Virus record (IMG/VR): IMGVR_UViG_3300039305_000005
DNA from: a virus
Direction: 5' to 3' (one strand)
Length of the DNA stretch: 41,493 nt
This document shows, piece by piece, positions 21,474 to 32,800 of the stretch (position 1 is its first letter; each line of letters begins with the position of its first letter). Under the pieces are notes generated by a model. It did no database searches, had not been told where the DNA came from, and saw only the letters and a list, made by a program, of their open reading frames with translations. Position numbers and translations under genes: made by a program.

Positions 21474-23846
21474 ATGGGTTCTCTCACAAGTTTGTTTGCA
21501 ATGATGGGGCGCGGTGCGCTGTCGGGCTCGATGGGCGGCGCCGGCAACATGGTGTCTATGGTGACAGGACTCACCACACGGCTCACCAGCGCACTGTGGG
21601 AGGGCTTAGGCAAGGTTCTGGGATTGATTACCGGCTCGCTGCGCGGCGTACTGTCGATTGCGGCGCGTTTGCCGGGCGTGGTGTTGACGGGGCTCACCAA
21701 AATCACCGACGGTGCCGAAGGGGCGCTGTCGGCTTCGGCGCGTGCTATTGCTTTCGGGTTACGCAGCATTCTTACCGGCGCCGTCGCGGCGCTGACGGTT
21801 GCCGTCGGTGGCCTGGTGGTGGCCACAACGCGCGCGGTTTCGATTACTCGCGATTGGGCGCGCAACATCAACGCACTCAGCGGCGGCACCGGCTTATCTT
21901 CGCGGGCCGCTGGTGGCCTGCAGGGCCGCTTTGGTGCCTTTGGGCAGGATGCGTCCCGACTCTTCGAAAACCAGAACCCCTGGGCTTTTGGAATGCGCGC
22001 CAGCGCGTTCGGTTTGCCCAACTATACCAACTCACAGTTTTTGCCCCAACTGGCGGGCCGCTATCAGGGCATGATGGCCAGCGGGCCGATGGGTCAGATG
22101 TTAGGCCGCGCGCAGCTGCAGGCGATGGGGCTCGACAATCGCGAGATGCGTGGTTTGCTCACCACGCCGGTCGCAGATATCCAGGGACAGCTCGGCTTTC
22201 AAAGTCGCGTACAGAGTGGCCTGGGCATCGATCCCACAACCGTCGCCAACCTCGGACGCCAGTTCGAGCTATTAAGCGGTCGATTTAAGATGCTGGGCGA
22301 GGGCGCTTTAACTCGCCTGGCCATTGAGATTCTCCCGCGTTTAAACGGGATGCTTGATGCGACGGCCAATTACCTGGCGAACAACGCCGGGCAGATCTCC
22401 AATCTGATCACGCAGGCCGTTACGATCTCGATCAATGCTCTGGTGGCGCTGGCCACGGTGCTTGTCAGTTTGCCGGATGCGGCGTTGACGTTTGCCGATA
22501 CGATGCTGGCCGGTTTGTCCGCTGTTATCGGTGCCGTGCCCGGTCTCTGGGAAAGCTTCCTCACCGGCATCAGCATTGTGCAGGCAGCGGTTGACCCGTT
22601 GTTCTCGACGATCGTGCAGGGTTTCGACTACGTGGCGCAAACGGTGCCCGGTGTCATCGAGTCGTTTAACTTCGGTGTTGAAACCTTGCTCACCATGTTG
22701 CAGACCGGCATCGGCACAACCGGCTCTGTCGTGGTCACCATGATCGGCGCAATCCAGACTGCACTCAATTCCTTGCTGCGATCGCAGTTCGTGCAGGCAG
22801 CTCTCAAATCGTTGCCGGCAGTGGCACAGATCGGAGGCGCTTTGCACCAGGCGACGGCGGGCGGCGCCAATGCCGGGCAAAGTTTGGGCACTGCGCTGGG
22901 TGGCGATTCCTGGGGCGGCGTCGGTTATCTGGCTGGCGGTTACTTGATGGGCAAAACACTGCTGGGCGGCGCGGGCAAACTGATCGGCGTCGGTGCACGT
23001 GGCTTGTGGGGCTTAGGCGGTCGAGCGGTGGCTGGCATTGGTGGCCTGTTCGGCGGTGGTGCAGCAGCGGGAGCTGCAGGCGCGGCGGGCGGTCAGCTCG
23101 TGTTGCCCGGAATGGGCGCGGCAGCAGCCAGCGCCTGGCCAACGCTGGCCGGTATGGCGTCAGCCGTCAGCGCACCCGTCATCGGCGCCGGTATCGGCTT
23201 GGGAGTCGCTGGTTATGAAGGTTTGCGCGCGTTGAATATGGGGCCGTGGAAGAATCTTCCCTCCAGCGGCGCGATCCTGGGTCATTATCTCGGTATGGGT
23301 GGCAACCCGGCGGCGCAAGCGGCAGCGGCCAGCGGTGCGCCGTATCAAGTCGACTTCCAAAGTACTTTGAACTCGATGACGGGCGCCTGGAATCAGGCAG
23401 CGGCCCATCCAGGCAGCTGGGCTCGGGATTATCGTGGTTTGCCAGGCCGCGCGACATTGATGGCGCAGGGCGCGATGAGCGGCGTTTCCGGCTGGATCGG
23501 TGGAGCGGTCGAGCAGGGCACACGCGAGCGCGGCAGCTGGGCTCATTCCGCCGATAATCGTTTAGGCAATCCGTTGCGCGATCTCACAGCCGATGCCCAA
23601 CGCGAGCTGGCGCAGGCACGTGCGATCCTGAAGGAAAAGCGCGACGAGGCGGACGGCAGCGATCTGAAACAGGTTCTGAACGCGTTGCTGCAGGAAATGA
23701 AGGGCGTTAACGCCAACACGAAACAGAGCGCTAAAAGCGATCAGGTGTTACCGCAATATCTGCAGGACTTCGCAGCGAAGTTGTTGGGCCACGCGCTGCA
23801 CGCGATGGCGCAGAATAGCGCACTGGCCGATATGAGCGTCGGATAA
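21474..23846 (+). CDS. Tail tape measure protein
   Basis: 790 aa. G/A/L-rich with hydrophobic stretches. It follows the frameshifted chaperone pair. Confidence 0.9.
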   Translation: MGSLTSLFAMMGRGALSGSMGGAGNMVSMVTGLTTRLTSALWEGLGKVLGLITGSLRGVLSIAARLPGVVLTGLTKITDGAEGALSASARAIAFGLRSILTGAVAALTVAVGGLVVATTRAVSITRDWARNINALSGGTGLSSRAAGGLQGRFGAFGQDASRLFENQNPWAFGMRASAFGLPNYTNSQFLPQLAGRYQGMMASGPMGQMLGRAQLQAMGLDNREMRGLLTTPVADIQGQLGFQSRVQSGLGIDPTTVANLGRQFELLSGRFKMLGEGALTRLAIEILPRLNGMLDATANYLANNAGQISNLITQAVTISINALVALATVLVSLPDAALTFADTMLAGLSAVIGAVPGLWESFLTGISIVQAAVDPLFSTIVQGFDYVAQTVPGVIESFNFGVETLLTMLQTGIGTTGSVVVTMIGAIQTALNSLLRSQFVQAALKSLPAVAQIGGALHQATAGGANAGQSLGTALGGDSWGGVGYLAGGYLMGKTLLGGAGKLIGVGARGLWGLGGRAVAGIGGLFGGGAAAGAAGAAGGQLVLPGMGAAAASAWPTLAGMASAVSAPVIGAGIGLGVAGYEGLRALNMGPWKNLPSSGAILGHYLGMGGNPAAQAAAASGAPYQVDFQSTLNSMTGAWNQAAAHPGSWARDYRGLPGRATLMAQGAMSGVSGWIGGAVEQGTRERGSWAHSADNRLGNPLRDLTADAQRELAQARAILKEKRDEADGSDLKQVLNALLQEMKGVNANTKQSAKSDQVLPQYLQDFAAKLLGHALHAMAQNSALADMSVG
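23358..23369. repeat. Class-1 palindrome copy (AAGTACTT core)
   Basis: CAAAGTACTTTG inside the tape measure CDS, read as Q-S-T-L-N. Confidence 0.9.
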
Positions 23847-23855
23847 AAGTACTTT
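23846..23855. repeat. Class-1 palindrome copy (AAGTACTT core)
   Basis: AAAGTACTTT overlaps the tape measure TAA (23844-23846) and ends 3 nt before ATG 23859. Confidence 0.9.
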
Positions 23856-23858
23856 AAC

Positions 23859-25541
23859 ATGGCTGACATCACGATCTCATTTCAATTCAACGGCTTTGTC
23901 TATTATGCATTGCCTCCCGATTTATGGTTTTTTAGCACACGCCCCATTCTTAAGCCTGTGTTTGGTAATGGTGGTTCGACGGCCAGCGGCTACGAACTGT
24001 ACCGCCCATCGGCATATTTTGGCACATCAGACACCCCAAATGGGTGTTCTTTCACTGTCTCCAATCTGACGCAAACTAACCTCAACCGTCAATTTAGTGT
24101 AGTGGCTACTTTTCCCGATTCAGCCTTTGATCTGCCACTTTTCCAGGTCGATGATGATGCAAATCTGCCCGAAGGCAATATCAGCGGCACGGCTCACACC
24201 GCGCGCATTTTTATCGCTTGGGTGCGTAATCAGAGTGACGGCCCCGGCAAGGGCACCTATGGCATGGCCTATCAGTGGTTGTTGCAGTGCCCGCGCCTTT
24301 ATCCTTCGGATTATGTGACTCAGGTGCTTGATGGCCGCACCGTTTTGCAACGCACCTTTGACATCGGAACACAGCAGTATGTGGTGAGTGCCAGCGAGCG
24401 ATACGAGGGCGATGACATCATCTTTCGTAAAGATACCGTGAGCAGCCGAAGGCCCTACCGTGCGCAACGTCCCGCCTTTTCCTACTTTGCGCCACCTGGC
24501 CAGGCGGGGGCCGGTGGTAACTCCAGTACTTTGACTTCGCCCTCTTCTTCGCCCACCGTCAGCCAGTTCGAGTTCGATTGGGGCAACGGCGATGCGGTGC
24601 AAGTCGCGGCGACCAACGCTTCGCTGGTCTCTTTCACGGATGGCCAGGCGCACCCGCTGGCCGCTGAAGTGACGCGTTCCCGTTTACAGATGGTGCAGCC
24701 CACAGTGCGGGCGCGTGATGGCTGGGGTCACCTGGGCAACAAGATCAACATCGCACTGTTTCCTAAAGCTGACTTGACCGGCTCTGATAATCCAGAATGG
24801 AATGCTTCCAACAGCTTCGGAAGGGGCACTGCGCTGAGTGCCTGGGATTGGACATTCCCTGGTGGATTGTCGGCAACCGGCGAAACCGTGACTCAAGATG
24901 TCGGCACGGACGGCACGGTGCGGCTTTACGTGACCGACGCAAACGGGCGCAGCGATTATGTTGATCTGGCTATTGAAGTTGGCGGGCGTCTCGGGCTTTG
25001 TGTCGACGAAAACGGCATCATCTACACCACACAGAAAAGCGGCAATAATCTGCAGGTTTACCGCTATGTTACGAATGCAGGGTCACAGGAATTGGTGGCC
25101 ACGCTGGCCAACCACAAGGATGGCAGCTTATTCCAGAACGGCAGGCCAGGCGCGGGCGGGCCGTTGTATCTGTGTGCTTTTGATTCGAGCGCAAGTACTT
25201 GGCGACTGCGCAAAAGTGACAATTTCGGGGAGACGTGGACAATCGTGTCAGCACCACTCAATTCAAATTATGTTGGCGTCGATATGATCGGCACCATGGA
25301 AGAGATCATGATCGCCGCTGGTGTTCACAAAACAAATAACACCATCGACGTGTTTCTATCGTTTGACCAGGGCGCCAACTGGACGGCAGCCGGCAACGCC
25401 GGAACGCTCTCGACTTCACCCAAAGCCGTCTCGCTCTCGCAAAAGAATGCCAGCGGCGACAGTCGCATCGTTTTGATCGCGCCAGGCATCTTGAAGTACT
25501 CCGATAAGCTGGCCGAGTCGGGCAGTTGGAATAATTTGTAA
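23859..25541 (+). CDS. Tail protein with PKD-like domain and BNR/Asp-box repeats
   Basis: PKD-like WDWTFPGGLSATGETVTQDVGTDGTVRLYVTDANGRS. Asp-box motifs SDNFGETW and SFDQGANW. This is the first gene after the tape measure gene. Confidence 0.8.
   Translation: MADITISFQFNGFVYYALPPDLWFFSTRPILKPVFGNGGSTASGYELYRPSAYFGTSDTPNGCSFTVSNLTQTNLNRQFSVVATFPDSAFDLPLFQVDDDANLPEGNISGTAHTARIFIAWVRNQSDGPGKGTYGMAYQWLLQCPRLYPSDYVTQVLDGRTVLQRTFDIGTQQYVVSASERYEGDDIIFRKDTVSSRRPYRAQRPAFSYFAPPGQAGAGGNSSTLTSPSSSPTVSQFEFDWGNGDAVQVAATNASLVSFTDGQAHPLAAEVTRSRLQMVQPTVRARDGWGHLGNKINIALFPKADLTGSDNPEWNASNSFGRGTALSAWDWTFPGGLSATGETVTQDVGTDGTVRLYVTDANGRSDYVDLAIEVGGRLGLCVDENGIIYTTQKSGNNLQVYRYVTNAGSQELVATLANHKDGSLFQNGRPGAGGPLYLCAFDSSASTWRLRKSDNFGETWTIVSAPLNSNYVGVDMIGTMEEIMIAAGVHKTNNTIDVFLSFDQGANWTAAGNAGTLSTSPKAVSLSQKNASGDSRIVLIAPGILKYSDKLAESGSWNNL
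25192..25201. repeat. Class-1 palindrome copy (AAGTACTT core)
   Basis: CAAGTACTTG inside the CDS, read as A-S-T-W. Confidence 0.9.
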
Positions 25542-25575
25542 GGTAATATAAACATGTTCGCGCGACCTTACATTC

Positions 25576-25588
25576 TGACCCAGGGTCA
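25576..25588. repeat. Class-2 palindrome TGACCCAGGGTCA
   Basis: Intergenic, 34 nt after the stop at 25539-25541 and 53 nt before ATG 25642. Followed by CATTC, as at 20416. Confidence 0.9.
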
Positions 25589-25641
25589 CATTCGGGTGCG
25601 AATCTGGGGAATTACTATCTGCAGCGCATAAACCGCGCTGT

Positions 25642-28194
25642 ATGGCCCGTAAATCAATCCCAGAACTGCGCGTTATCGCGTCTCCTAAATCCGCAATTCC
25701 CAACAAGAACACGGCCGGCGTTTTAGTCGCGCAGGTGTTTTCCGATCGCATGGCGTTTGGCCAGGGCGATGGCGCCGGTCTGGGTTTCCAATCACACAAC
25801 CCCACGATCGCAAGCACCTGGCTTAACAGTGGTGTCACCGGTGCGTTTTCCAACGTGTCGGATTCGCTGGAGTTTGTCCGCTTCCACCGCGATGGCCGCG
25901 TCACGATGGGCGCCTCACCACAGATCACGAGTCGCGATGAGGTTTCCGGCTTTACTCTCAAAGGTCGCATCGTCCCCAACGACGCCCGCGTGAATGGCAC
26001 GCTGGCCGGATCCAGTTCGCTGGCGTCTCGCAATTACACCACGTTATCAGGCAGCCACAAAAGCGTGCGAGCGGCCAATGGCACGGCGCATTTCGTCAAT
26101 ACCGGCAGCCAAACCACCGAAGCGATTAAAAGCGCTGATCTGCAGGCCGGACAGGGTTTCACGGGCGAGCTCTATCCATCACTGAAAAGTACTTCCAACG
26201 GCGCGGGCAAAGTTCCGGAAGGCGTGGTCACCTGGGGCGCTGATAGTTTCCGCGTGCGTGTGGTCCATAACGGCACACCGGAAATTCAAAAGAAGTTACC
26301 AGCTGGTTTGTGGGTCAACTTACGTCGCCTCGATGGTGTGCCCACCGTGCGCTTTGATGGCGGCGCGGTGCCGTTCTCAGTGCGACGCATCGGCGGGCGC
26401 CTGGTGTTCTCGATCCAGGGGCAAACCTTCCACTTCCTCGAAACCGATGAAGCCGGCAAAGGCACGGCAACCACGTGGCCAGCTGGGCCGGTTGTCGTAT
26501 CGGCTTATGGTTGCCGGATCCGTGGTGGCATTCATCCCATCGACTACAAGAACGCGGACAACACCGATCAAAGCGGCTCCTTCACGATCAAAGAACCGCG
26601 CAACGCTTACGCGGACGATTCCGCCGATGGTTTCACCGCCGGCTATAAACCAACGCCGGAAAGCGTCACGATCGATGTCACGGCGCCTGCAGGTGCCGTG
26701 CAAACCAAAGTGACTTTAACCGCGGCGAATGGTGGCATCGATGCGCCACTGGTGACCAAGGCGCTCGCGCAGTTTCCGCTGTTGACACGCGAAAGTTCTG
26801 GCGACGGGATCGACATCGGCCCGGCGGTCACGTTTGCCACCTTGCGGGATGCAATGCCGCCGATCGCACCAGGCGCCGAGTTGCGTTTGGACGTGGATCG
26901 CATGATCCTCGACGAACTATTTCCGGCGGGCGCCTGGCGCGATTATGTCGATGAATTCTGCCCCATCACTTTCGAATATCGATGGCATTACACGAGCGGC
27001 GATCCGGGGCCATGGATCCAATGTTTTAAGGGCTATGTGTTCATTCCCAAAGAGGAAACCACCGGCGTCGACGAACGAAAACTTAGCCTGGTCTGCTATG
27101 ACGAGATCATCCGCCTGAAAGACCCCGCCGGCATCATCGATCATCGTTATCCGCCACTCGATTTTCTCTTCGCTCGCAAGCAAAAGCTGGCGCAGAGTTT
27201 GGGCGCGCAGTCGCTGACGGACCTCAAACTTTACGGCGGCGAATGTGTGCGCGAGATTCTGCGTCTGACCCTGGGTCAGTTTGAAGCGAATCGCCTCAAC
27301 ACCACCGGCTACAACGACGAAACCAGCCTGGGCACCCGTTTTGGCTCGATGAAGTTTTTCAGTGCGGACCATTACGCGCTGCTCGATGCCGGCAAGGACT
27401 CGACCGGCTTGATCCCACTATCGCAGCTGGCCAACGGCAACAGCGTGCCCACCACGGGCGGCTGGATGTTACCGGCCAAATGGGAGTCGGACGCGCTATC
27501 GTGGATTCACGATTTCGAGGAACAAGATCAGGGTGTCTTTTTTTATGGCCATCCCAATGGCTACGACGGTGAACGCCCTTATCCCCTCTACGGGAACCTC
27601 GCTAACATCATTGCCGCGCGATCATTCACCCATTTGATTCCCGATGCAATTTATCAGTCTGGTGTTTTGGGTGATGTCGATGCCGATACATTGCTGCAAA
27701 AAGTCTCCATCGATGCGCGTCCAGATAAGCACTTTAATCGCGTGTGGGTTCTGGCGCGTGGCCTGTTTGGCGACGGCTTGGAAGGCATTCTCCCGGCGAT
27801 GCGCATGGCCGTGGCGGAACTGCCCGCAGGCGACCCCAATGCAGCGGCTTACAGCTGGGAACGCACCAAAGTGATTCGCAACAACCTGGCGGGCTTTCCT
27901 GGTGGCGCCGAAGCGCTGGCCTATGTGTATATCGAATTGCTCTCCAATGTAATTTTGAAGTGGCCCACATTCCAGTTCCGTGGACGCGATTACCGGCCAT
28001 TGTCGAATGAACGCCCGGTGCATTTTGGCGACAAGCTGATCGCCAAAATGGACGGCGCTGAATCGGATAGCGGGCTGGGCATCAGTGGTGTCAACTGGCG
28101 TGTGGAACGCTGCGAACACGTGTGGGACATGCAGGATGCTTTCGATCACTGGACAACGGCCTGGTGTCGCCCGCTCTTGTCGAACGGATTATAA
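25642..28194 (+). CDS. Large tail tip / hub protein (host-specificity-like by position)
   Basis: 850 aa, the second gene after the tape measure gene. The function is inferred from size and synteny. Confidence 0.75.
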   Translation: MARKSIPELRVIASPKSAIPNKNTAGVLVAQVFSDRMAFGQGDGAGLGFQSHNPTIASTWLNSGVTGAFSNVSDSLEFVRFHRDGRVTMGASPQITSRDEVSGFTLKGRIVPNDARVNGTLAGSSSLASRNYTTLSGSHKSVRAANGTAHFVNTGSQTTEAIKSADLQAGQGFTGELYPSLKSTSNGAGKVPEGVVTWGADSFRVRVVHNGTPEIQKKLPAGLWVNLRRLDGVPTVRFDGGAVPFSVRRIGGRLVFSIQGQTFHFLETDEAGKGTATTWPAGPVVVSAYGCRIRGGIHPIDYKNADNTDQSGSFTIKEPRNAYADDSADGFTAGYKPTPESVTIDVTAPAGAVQTKVTLTAANGGIDAPLVTKALAQFPLLTRESSGDGIDIGPAVTFATLRDAMPPIAPGAELRLDVDRMILDELFPAGAWRDYVDEFCPITFEYRWHYTSGDPGPWIQCFKGYVFIPKEETTGVDERKLSLVCYDEIIRLKDPAGIIDHRYPPLDFLFARKQKLAQSLGAQSLTDLKLYGGECVREILRLTLGQFEANRLNTTGYNDETSLGTRFGSMKFFSADHYALLDAGKDSTGLIPLSQLANGNSVPTTGGWMLPAKWESDALSWIHDFEEQDQGVFFYGHPNGYDGERPYPLYGNLANIIAARSFTHLIPDAIYQSGVLGDVDADTLLQKVSIDARPDKHFNRVWVLARGLFGDGLEGILPAMRMAVAELPAGDPNAAAYSWERTKVIRNNLAGFPGGAEALAYVYIELLSNVILKWPTFQFRGRDYRPLSNERPVHFGDKLIAKMDGAESDSGLGISGVNWRVERCEHVWDMQDAFDHWTTAWCRPLLSNGL
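26186..26194. repeat. Class-1 palindrome copy (AAGTACTT core)
   Basis: GAAAAGTACTTCC inside the CDS, read as K-S-T-S. Confidence 0.9.
27266..27278. repeat. Class-2 palindrome TGACCCTGGGTCA (the only perfect copy fully inside a long CDS)
   Basis: Read as L-T-L-G-Q within 25642..28194. Confidence 0.9.
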
Positions 28195-28197
28195 ATC

Positions 28198-28431
28198 ATG
28201 AATTTTTCTCTTCTCGATGCAGCCGCTCTCAAACGCGCCAGTGCCGCCAAAGCTGGAGCTGAAGCGGCACAAAAGTACTTTGCGCAGATCGACGCATCCC
28301 GCCAGGGATCAATCACCAGCGATCCGGTGCGTGGCGCGTTTCAAAACGAGGATGGCTCCTGGACCGCAACTTTTAAAGCAGGCATGGTTGTGGGTGTGGC
28401 GCCGGTGTCGAATCGCAAGCGACTTTCCTAA
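28198..28431 (+). CDS. Hypothetical small tail-module protein
   Basis: 77 aa. ATG lies 3 nt after the upstream stop. Confidence 0.65.
   Translation: MNFSLLDAAALKRASAAKAGAEAAQKYFAQIDASRQGSITSDPVRGAFQNEDGSWTATFKAGMVVGVAPVSNRKRLS
28272..28281. repeat. Class-1 palindrome copy (AAGTACTT core)
   Basis: CAAAAGTACTTTGCG inside the CDS, read as Q-K-Y-F-A. Confidence 0.9.
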
Positions 28432-28486
28432 TGTGTGTAGAAAAGTGCGATTTACTACACACGAACTCACAACGTGCGTAGAAAAG

Positions 28487-28499
28487 TGACCCAGGGTCA
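28487..28499. repeat. Class-2 palindrome TGACCCAGGGTCA
   Basis: Intergenic. It is part of AAAGTGACCCAGGGTCACATCTGAGTCACAAT, which is similar to 5301-5332. It is preceded by the direct repeat GTAGAAAAGTG (two copies) and the hairpin GTGTGTAG/CTACACAC. Confidence 0.9.
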
Positions 28500-28552
28500 C
28501 ATCTGAGTCACAATTCCTCAAACATACCCCACGGTGCTTTAAACCGTGGGGT

Positions 28553-29137
28553 ATGTTATTGCCTCGCACCGGTTTGCCAGATTCGTATATCAACAACACA
28601 ACGCCCTACGATGGTGGCGACATCGAACGCGTGCACGGAATGCTCGAAAACGGTCTCGTTCCTCTGTTTATGATGATCGGCGCCGGCGTGTCGCATCGCT
28701 ATGGTGCCACGGCATTCAAGGCAACGGCCAACGGCACCAGTTCGGTGTCGATAGCGGCAGGCAGTGGTATCGCAACCTCGTTTACCTATGGCGCCGTCCC
28801 GCTGGAGAAGAACGCCGCCACGATCCTTAACGGCCTGGCCGTCAGCTCGACGCTGTATCTGTTTGCAATGATTGAGGTTTCGGACTTCAACAATTCGCGC
28901 AAAACCGGCATTCCCCTGTTTGATACGAATATCAGCAACGCGGTGGATGGCGGCCTGTTGCTGGCCAAACTCGACATCGACGGCGCCGGCGTGGTGACTG
29001 TTACCGATCAGCGCCAGGCGTGTGGCATTCCCGCGATGGCCGATGCCGACGCGCTGCCCAATCAGCTGTATTACTCGACCACGATTTCAAAGCTCGCCTA
29101 CAAGAATCCGGTGGGCGTGGTGAACGCACTCTATTAA
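28553..29137 (+). CDS. Tail fibre-associated hypothetical protein
   Basis: 194 aa. The hairpin CCCCACGGT/ACCGTGGGG (28527-28551) abuts the ATG. Confidence 0.65.
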   Translation: MLLPRTGLPDSYINNTTPYDGGDIERVHGMLENGLVPLFMMIGAGVSHRYGATAFKATANGTSSVSIAAGSGIATSFTYGAVPLEKNAATILNGLAVSSTLYLFAMIEVSDFNNSRKTGIPLFDTNISNAVDGGLLLAKLDIDGAGVVTVTDQRQACGIPAMADADALPNQLYYSTTISKLAYKNPVGVVNALY

Positions 29138-29139
29138 CC

Positions 29140-29346
29140 ATGAAAACCACTGAACGTGTCGTGATCGGCACCACGCTGGGCCTGTTGGCCTGGGAAGGTT
29201 TCACCTTCATCAATCGCGAAAAGAAAGACACCATCTCCGAAATTGTCTGGGGCTGGAATAAGCGCACGCCGCTGGTGGCGTTTGCGATCGGCCTGTTGTG
29301 CGGCCATTGGTTCTGGCAGAAAGCCGAAAAGGACACCAACGAATGA
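29140..29346 (+). CDS. Small two-TM membrane protein (holin-like topology)
   Basis: MKTTERVVIGTTLGLLAWEGFTFIN...PLVAFAIGLLCGHWFW. ATG lies 2 nt after the upstream TAA. The track ORF 29020 was trimmed. Confidence 0.55.
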   Translation: MKTTERVVIGTTLGLLAWEGFTFINREKKDTISEIVWGWNKRTPLVAFAIGLLCGHWFWQKAEKDTNE

Positions 29347-29888
29347 ATATCCAAGCCTTAGAGACTGAACTCAATCAGCCACAATACGAAGACAAAACCG
29401 ACGCTGAAGTACTTTCGATGCTCAACGATCAGAGCATCGAATCTTTCGTCGAGCCCGCCACACCAGACTTGACGAACTTTCTTTTCAACAACGGATTGTA
29501 TGCCAAGCTCCTGGCTGCTTATCGTAACCCGCAAGTGCCGCTGCAAATACAAGTGGCGGCGGAATCCGGCTTAGACCTGGCGCAGTCGCAAATCCCCAAC
29601 GTCAACCTGCAAAATCCTAATATTCAGTTGATGCTGGGCGCATTAGTTCAGGCGGGCGTGTGGACTCAGGCCGAAGCCAATAGCGTGCTAAATTTCGGGA
29701 GACGCACTCACAGCCGAGCTTCGGAGTTATTCGGTGCAGATGTGACGCAAGCTGATCTCGACGCAATGCGCCTGCATCAACTCTTACAACCCAAGCTCGA
29801 CATGACGCGGCAGAAACGCGCGGTGCTCGATGCGATCATCGGGCAACTGGAAGCGGGCGTTGATGTGGATATTGAGGGAGTGCTTTAA
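29343..29888 (+). CDS. Hypothetical tail-module protein
   Basis: ATGA overlap with the upstream stop. 181 aa. TAATG overlap with the downstream fibre gene. Confidence 0.7.
   Translation: MNIQALETELNQPQYEDKTDAEVLSMLNDQSIESFVEPATPDLTNFLFNNGLYAKLLAAYRNPQVPLQIQVAAESGLDLAQSQIPNVNLQNPNIQLMLGALVQAGVWTQAEANSVLNFGRRTHSRASELFGADVTQADLDAMRLHQLLQPKLDMTRQKRAVLDAIIGQLEAGVDVDIEGVL
29407..29415. repeat. Class-1 palindrome copy (AAGTACTT core)
   Basis: GAAGTACTTTCGA inside the CDS, read as E-V-L-S. Confidence 0.9.
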
Positions 29889-32800
29889 TGACAAACTTTT
29901 GCTGTGACACCGTAAACGGCAATGATGCTTGGCCGGGCACACCAGCACAACCCAAGAAAACTTTTGCGGCTGTGGCGGCTCTCGTCACCAATCCCGCTGC
30001 GGACAAGGCGATTTTTAAAGCATCTCCGGCCCCTACGATGGTAGGTGGCAATGCAATGGCGACGTGGAACGATTTGGCGAAGTCTATTGCGGTCACGTGG
30101 CAAACGCAGCAACTGGCTGACATCGACAAGTGCGAAGTAGCATGGACGGCGGGCGCAGTCGGAAGTAGCGGCACACCTCCCCTTGATTCTGCCACAGGAA
30201 AGAGGGTCGCGAGTGTAAATGGCTCTCCACGTCTAAACATGACAGGAGCCACTGGCCTCGTAGGTTATCGTTCACTTGGCGCCAACTTCGACTTCTCTGC
30301 GTACCAACAGGTTTCTTTTTGGATCAGAACTAATGCCAATCAGACTTCGGGTTCTTCGCGTATGAGCTTGCGTCTCTGTTCTGATGTAGCAGGCGCGGTT
30401 ACTGTCAACACCATTCCTATTCCTGCCCTCGTCGCTGGTCGCTGGACGTTGGTGACCGTAGACACCGGAGGAAATTTGGGGAACAGCATACAGAGTGTTG
30501 CTCTCTATGCTGACCAGACAAACAGTGCAGCGACAATTTGGCTCGACAATATCATCGCCTGCAAAAATGCAGCGAATGCACTCACACTGACAAGTCTTAT
30601 CTCGAAGGGCACCGCTGGCGAAACCTACTATGGCATTGCCTCAATCGAGAATATTACTGGTGCTGGCTGCACAATCTACATCGACAACCAGACCGAGACG
30701 CTGCGCAATACAGGTCGCGGCTACGCGGCCCAGACACCAGGACTGAATGAGACACTGGCGCTGTGGAAGCGCGAACCGATTACGCTGACGCAGGCGGGAC
30801 TTTCATTGAGTGCGAGTGCGTTTTTTACCACCGCACATGGCACCGTTGCGGCTCCCATTCGTTTTGAATTTGGCTATGAGAATCTCAACGACCCCGCTCC
30901 TACTGGTGAAACGTGGTTCGACGGTCAGAACGGCTTCGCTAATCTTTTTACTGTCAGTCATCGCTACAATCATGTGAGTGGTTTAGGCGCTGTTCGCTTC
31001 TCAAATGGGCTGGTTCTTAATAATGTTCGTGGCAATGTGCTTCAAGTGGTGGGGATCAATAACAGTAACGCAGGTGTATCTGTGCAGAACTCCACCGATT
31101 TTTCTCTCACAGCCGGTGCCTTGAATAATAACGGCTCGGCGGGCTATGCTTCTGCGGGAACTGGTTTTGGACGGATTTTAATTAGAGCCGGGCAAGCCAA
31201 CGGGAACACTATTTATGGATTTGCCTTATCTTCCTTTGAAGATGTGGTGCCGCTAACGGGCAAGAGAATGCCGGTGCGTTTGAATGGAGGGACGCCGATC
31301 AGCTTTCAGGGGCATTCTTGTGTGGTGCGAGATGCTGATTTTAGCAGCAACAGTAACCTTAGTAATCAGGCTGCTGCACCATCAATCGGCCCTTCAACTG
31401 ACGGATTGAACTATGTCATTGATTGCACGCTCTCGAACAGTGGAGCCGTTCCTAACTTTCTCAACACTTCGTTTCGGCATCTGAACTCATTGATCGCAGC
31501 AAAGAATGTCAACCGTGTCGCTGGTGATGATCGCATCTATACCGATGATGCAGTGATTTCCTCGGATACGACCACCACACGCACTGCAGGCCGCTCATGG
31601 AAGTGTAATTTTCAAGGGACTACACGCGATGCTTCCTATCCGGTTCGTTTCCCACTTACACGATTGTTCTGTCGCGCCGCTCGTGCCGTGACGGTCAAGG
31701 CGTCTATGCGTCGTGACAATATCAACGCAGTTGGGCAACTTTTTGTGCGAGGTAATTCTATAGCCGGTGTTGCGGCTGATCTGAGCGCCAGCGCATCGGG
31801 AGCCATTAACCAGTGGGAGACGGTCACACTCACCTTTACACCTACGGAGGACGGTTTCGTTGATGTCTGGTGGGGCAGTTACAGCAGCGTGATAAATGCT
31901 AATGTGTGGGTTGATGATGTGACCATTTCGGGTGCAGTCACTACACGCGAATCAAACACGCTCGATATTGGTTTCTTTGGTGCGCCCTTTGCGGCTGGTG
32001 TCAACGGCAGCACAACAACTTATTTGTCTCTGGCGTGGAATGATGTGCAATTAGCCGAAACCATTCGCGCCACATTGCCGCTAGGCGAAGCTCCCGACGC
32101 AGCGCCTACAGCCACACTCTACAAAAACGGCGTGATTGTGCCGGGTGCGACGATCAACATCGCGTCTGCAGGTGGCAACGACTACGACATCACGACACAG
32201 ATTGCAGCAGGTTGGGCCGCTGGCGATAGCTACAAGCTCAAAGCCTCGTGGACTATTGCGGGTGATGTCTATTCGCAGATGATTGCGCAAGGTAATGTTC
32301 GCGCGGTGCCTAACACCATTGCACCCGACAATGCCACCATCAACGCCATTCATGCCGATTATGCGCGCCGTGGTGACTTGCCGACCGATTATCAACAGCG
32401 CAATGTGGCTGTAACGCTTCCGGCTGACGCAGCGACAAGTGAGAACGTGCAGGACGTGCTCGATGCGCTCGAAGTCTTGAAGGGTGCGGGTTGGACAGAT
32501 GAAACGTTGAAGGCCATTTTTGAGGCACAAAGTACTTTGCAGCAAAGTGCGACCGAGATGGAAACCGATCTTGAAGCCATTAAGATCAAAACGCTCACCT
32601 TTGGCAGCGGCCCAGCTGTGGTCTATTCGCCGGTCATTTCAGTCGGGTTTATTGAACTGGTAGATGGCAGTGATTACTACCAGAGCGAAGGCCGCGCCGT
32701 TGTGGTGCCAATGGCCAGCGGCAACATCATGGCGATCCGCGATCAAATTGCACAACTGCAGTTTGTTGTCGATGACGACGATGCGTTCCTGATTTCAAAT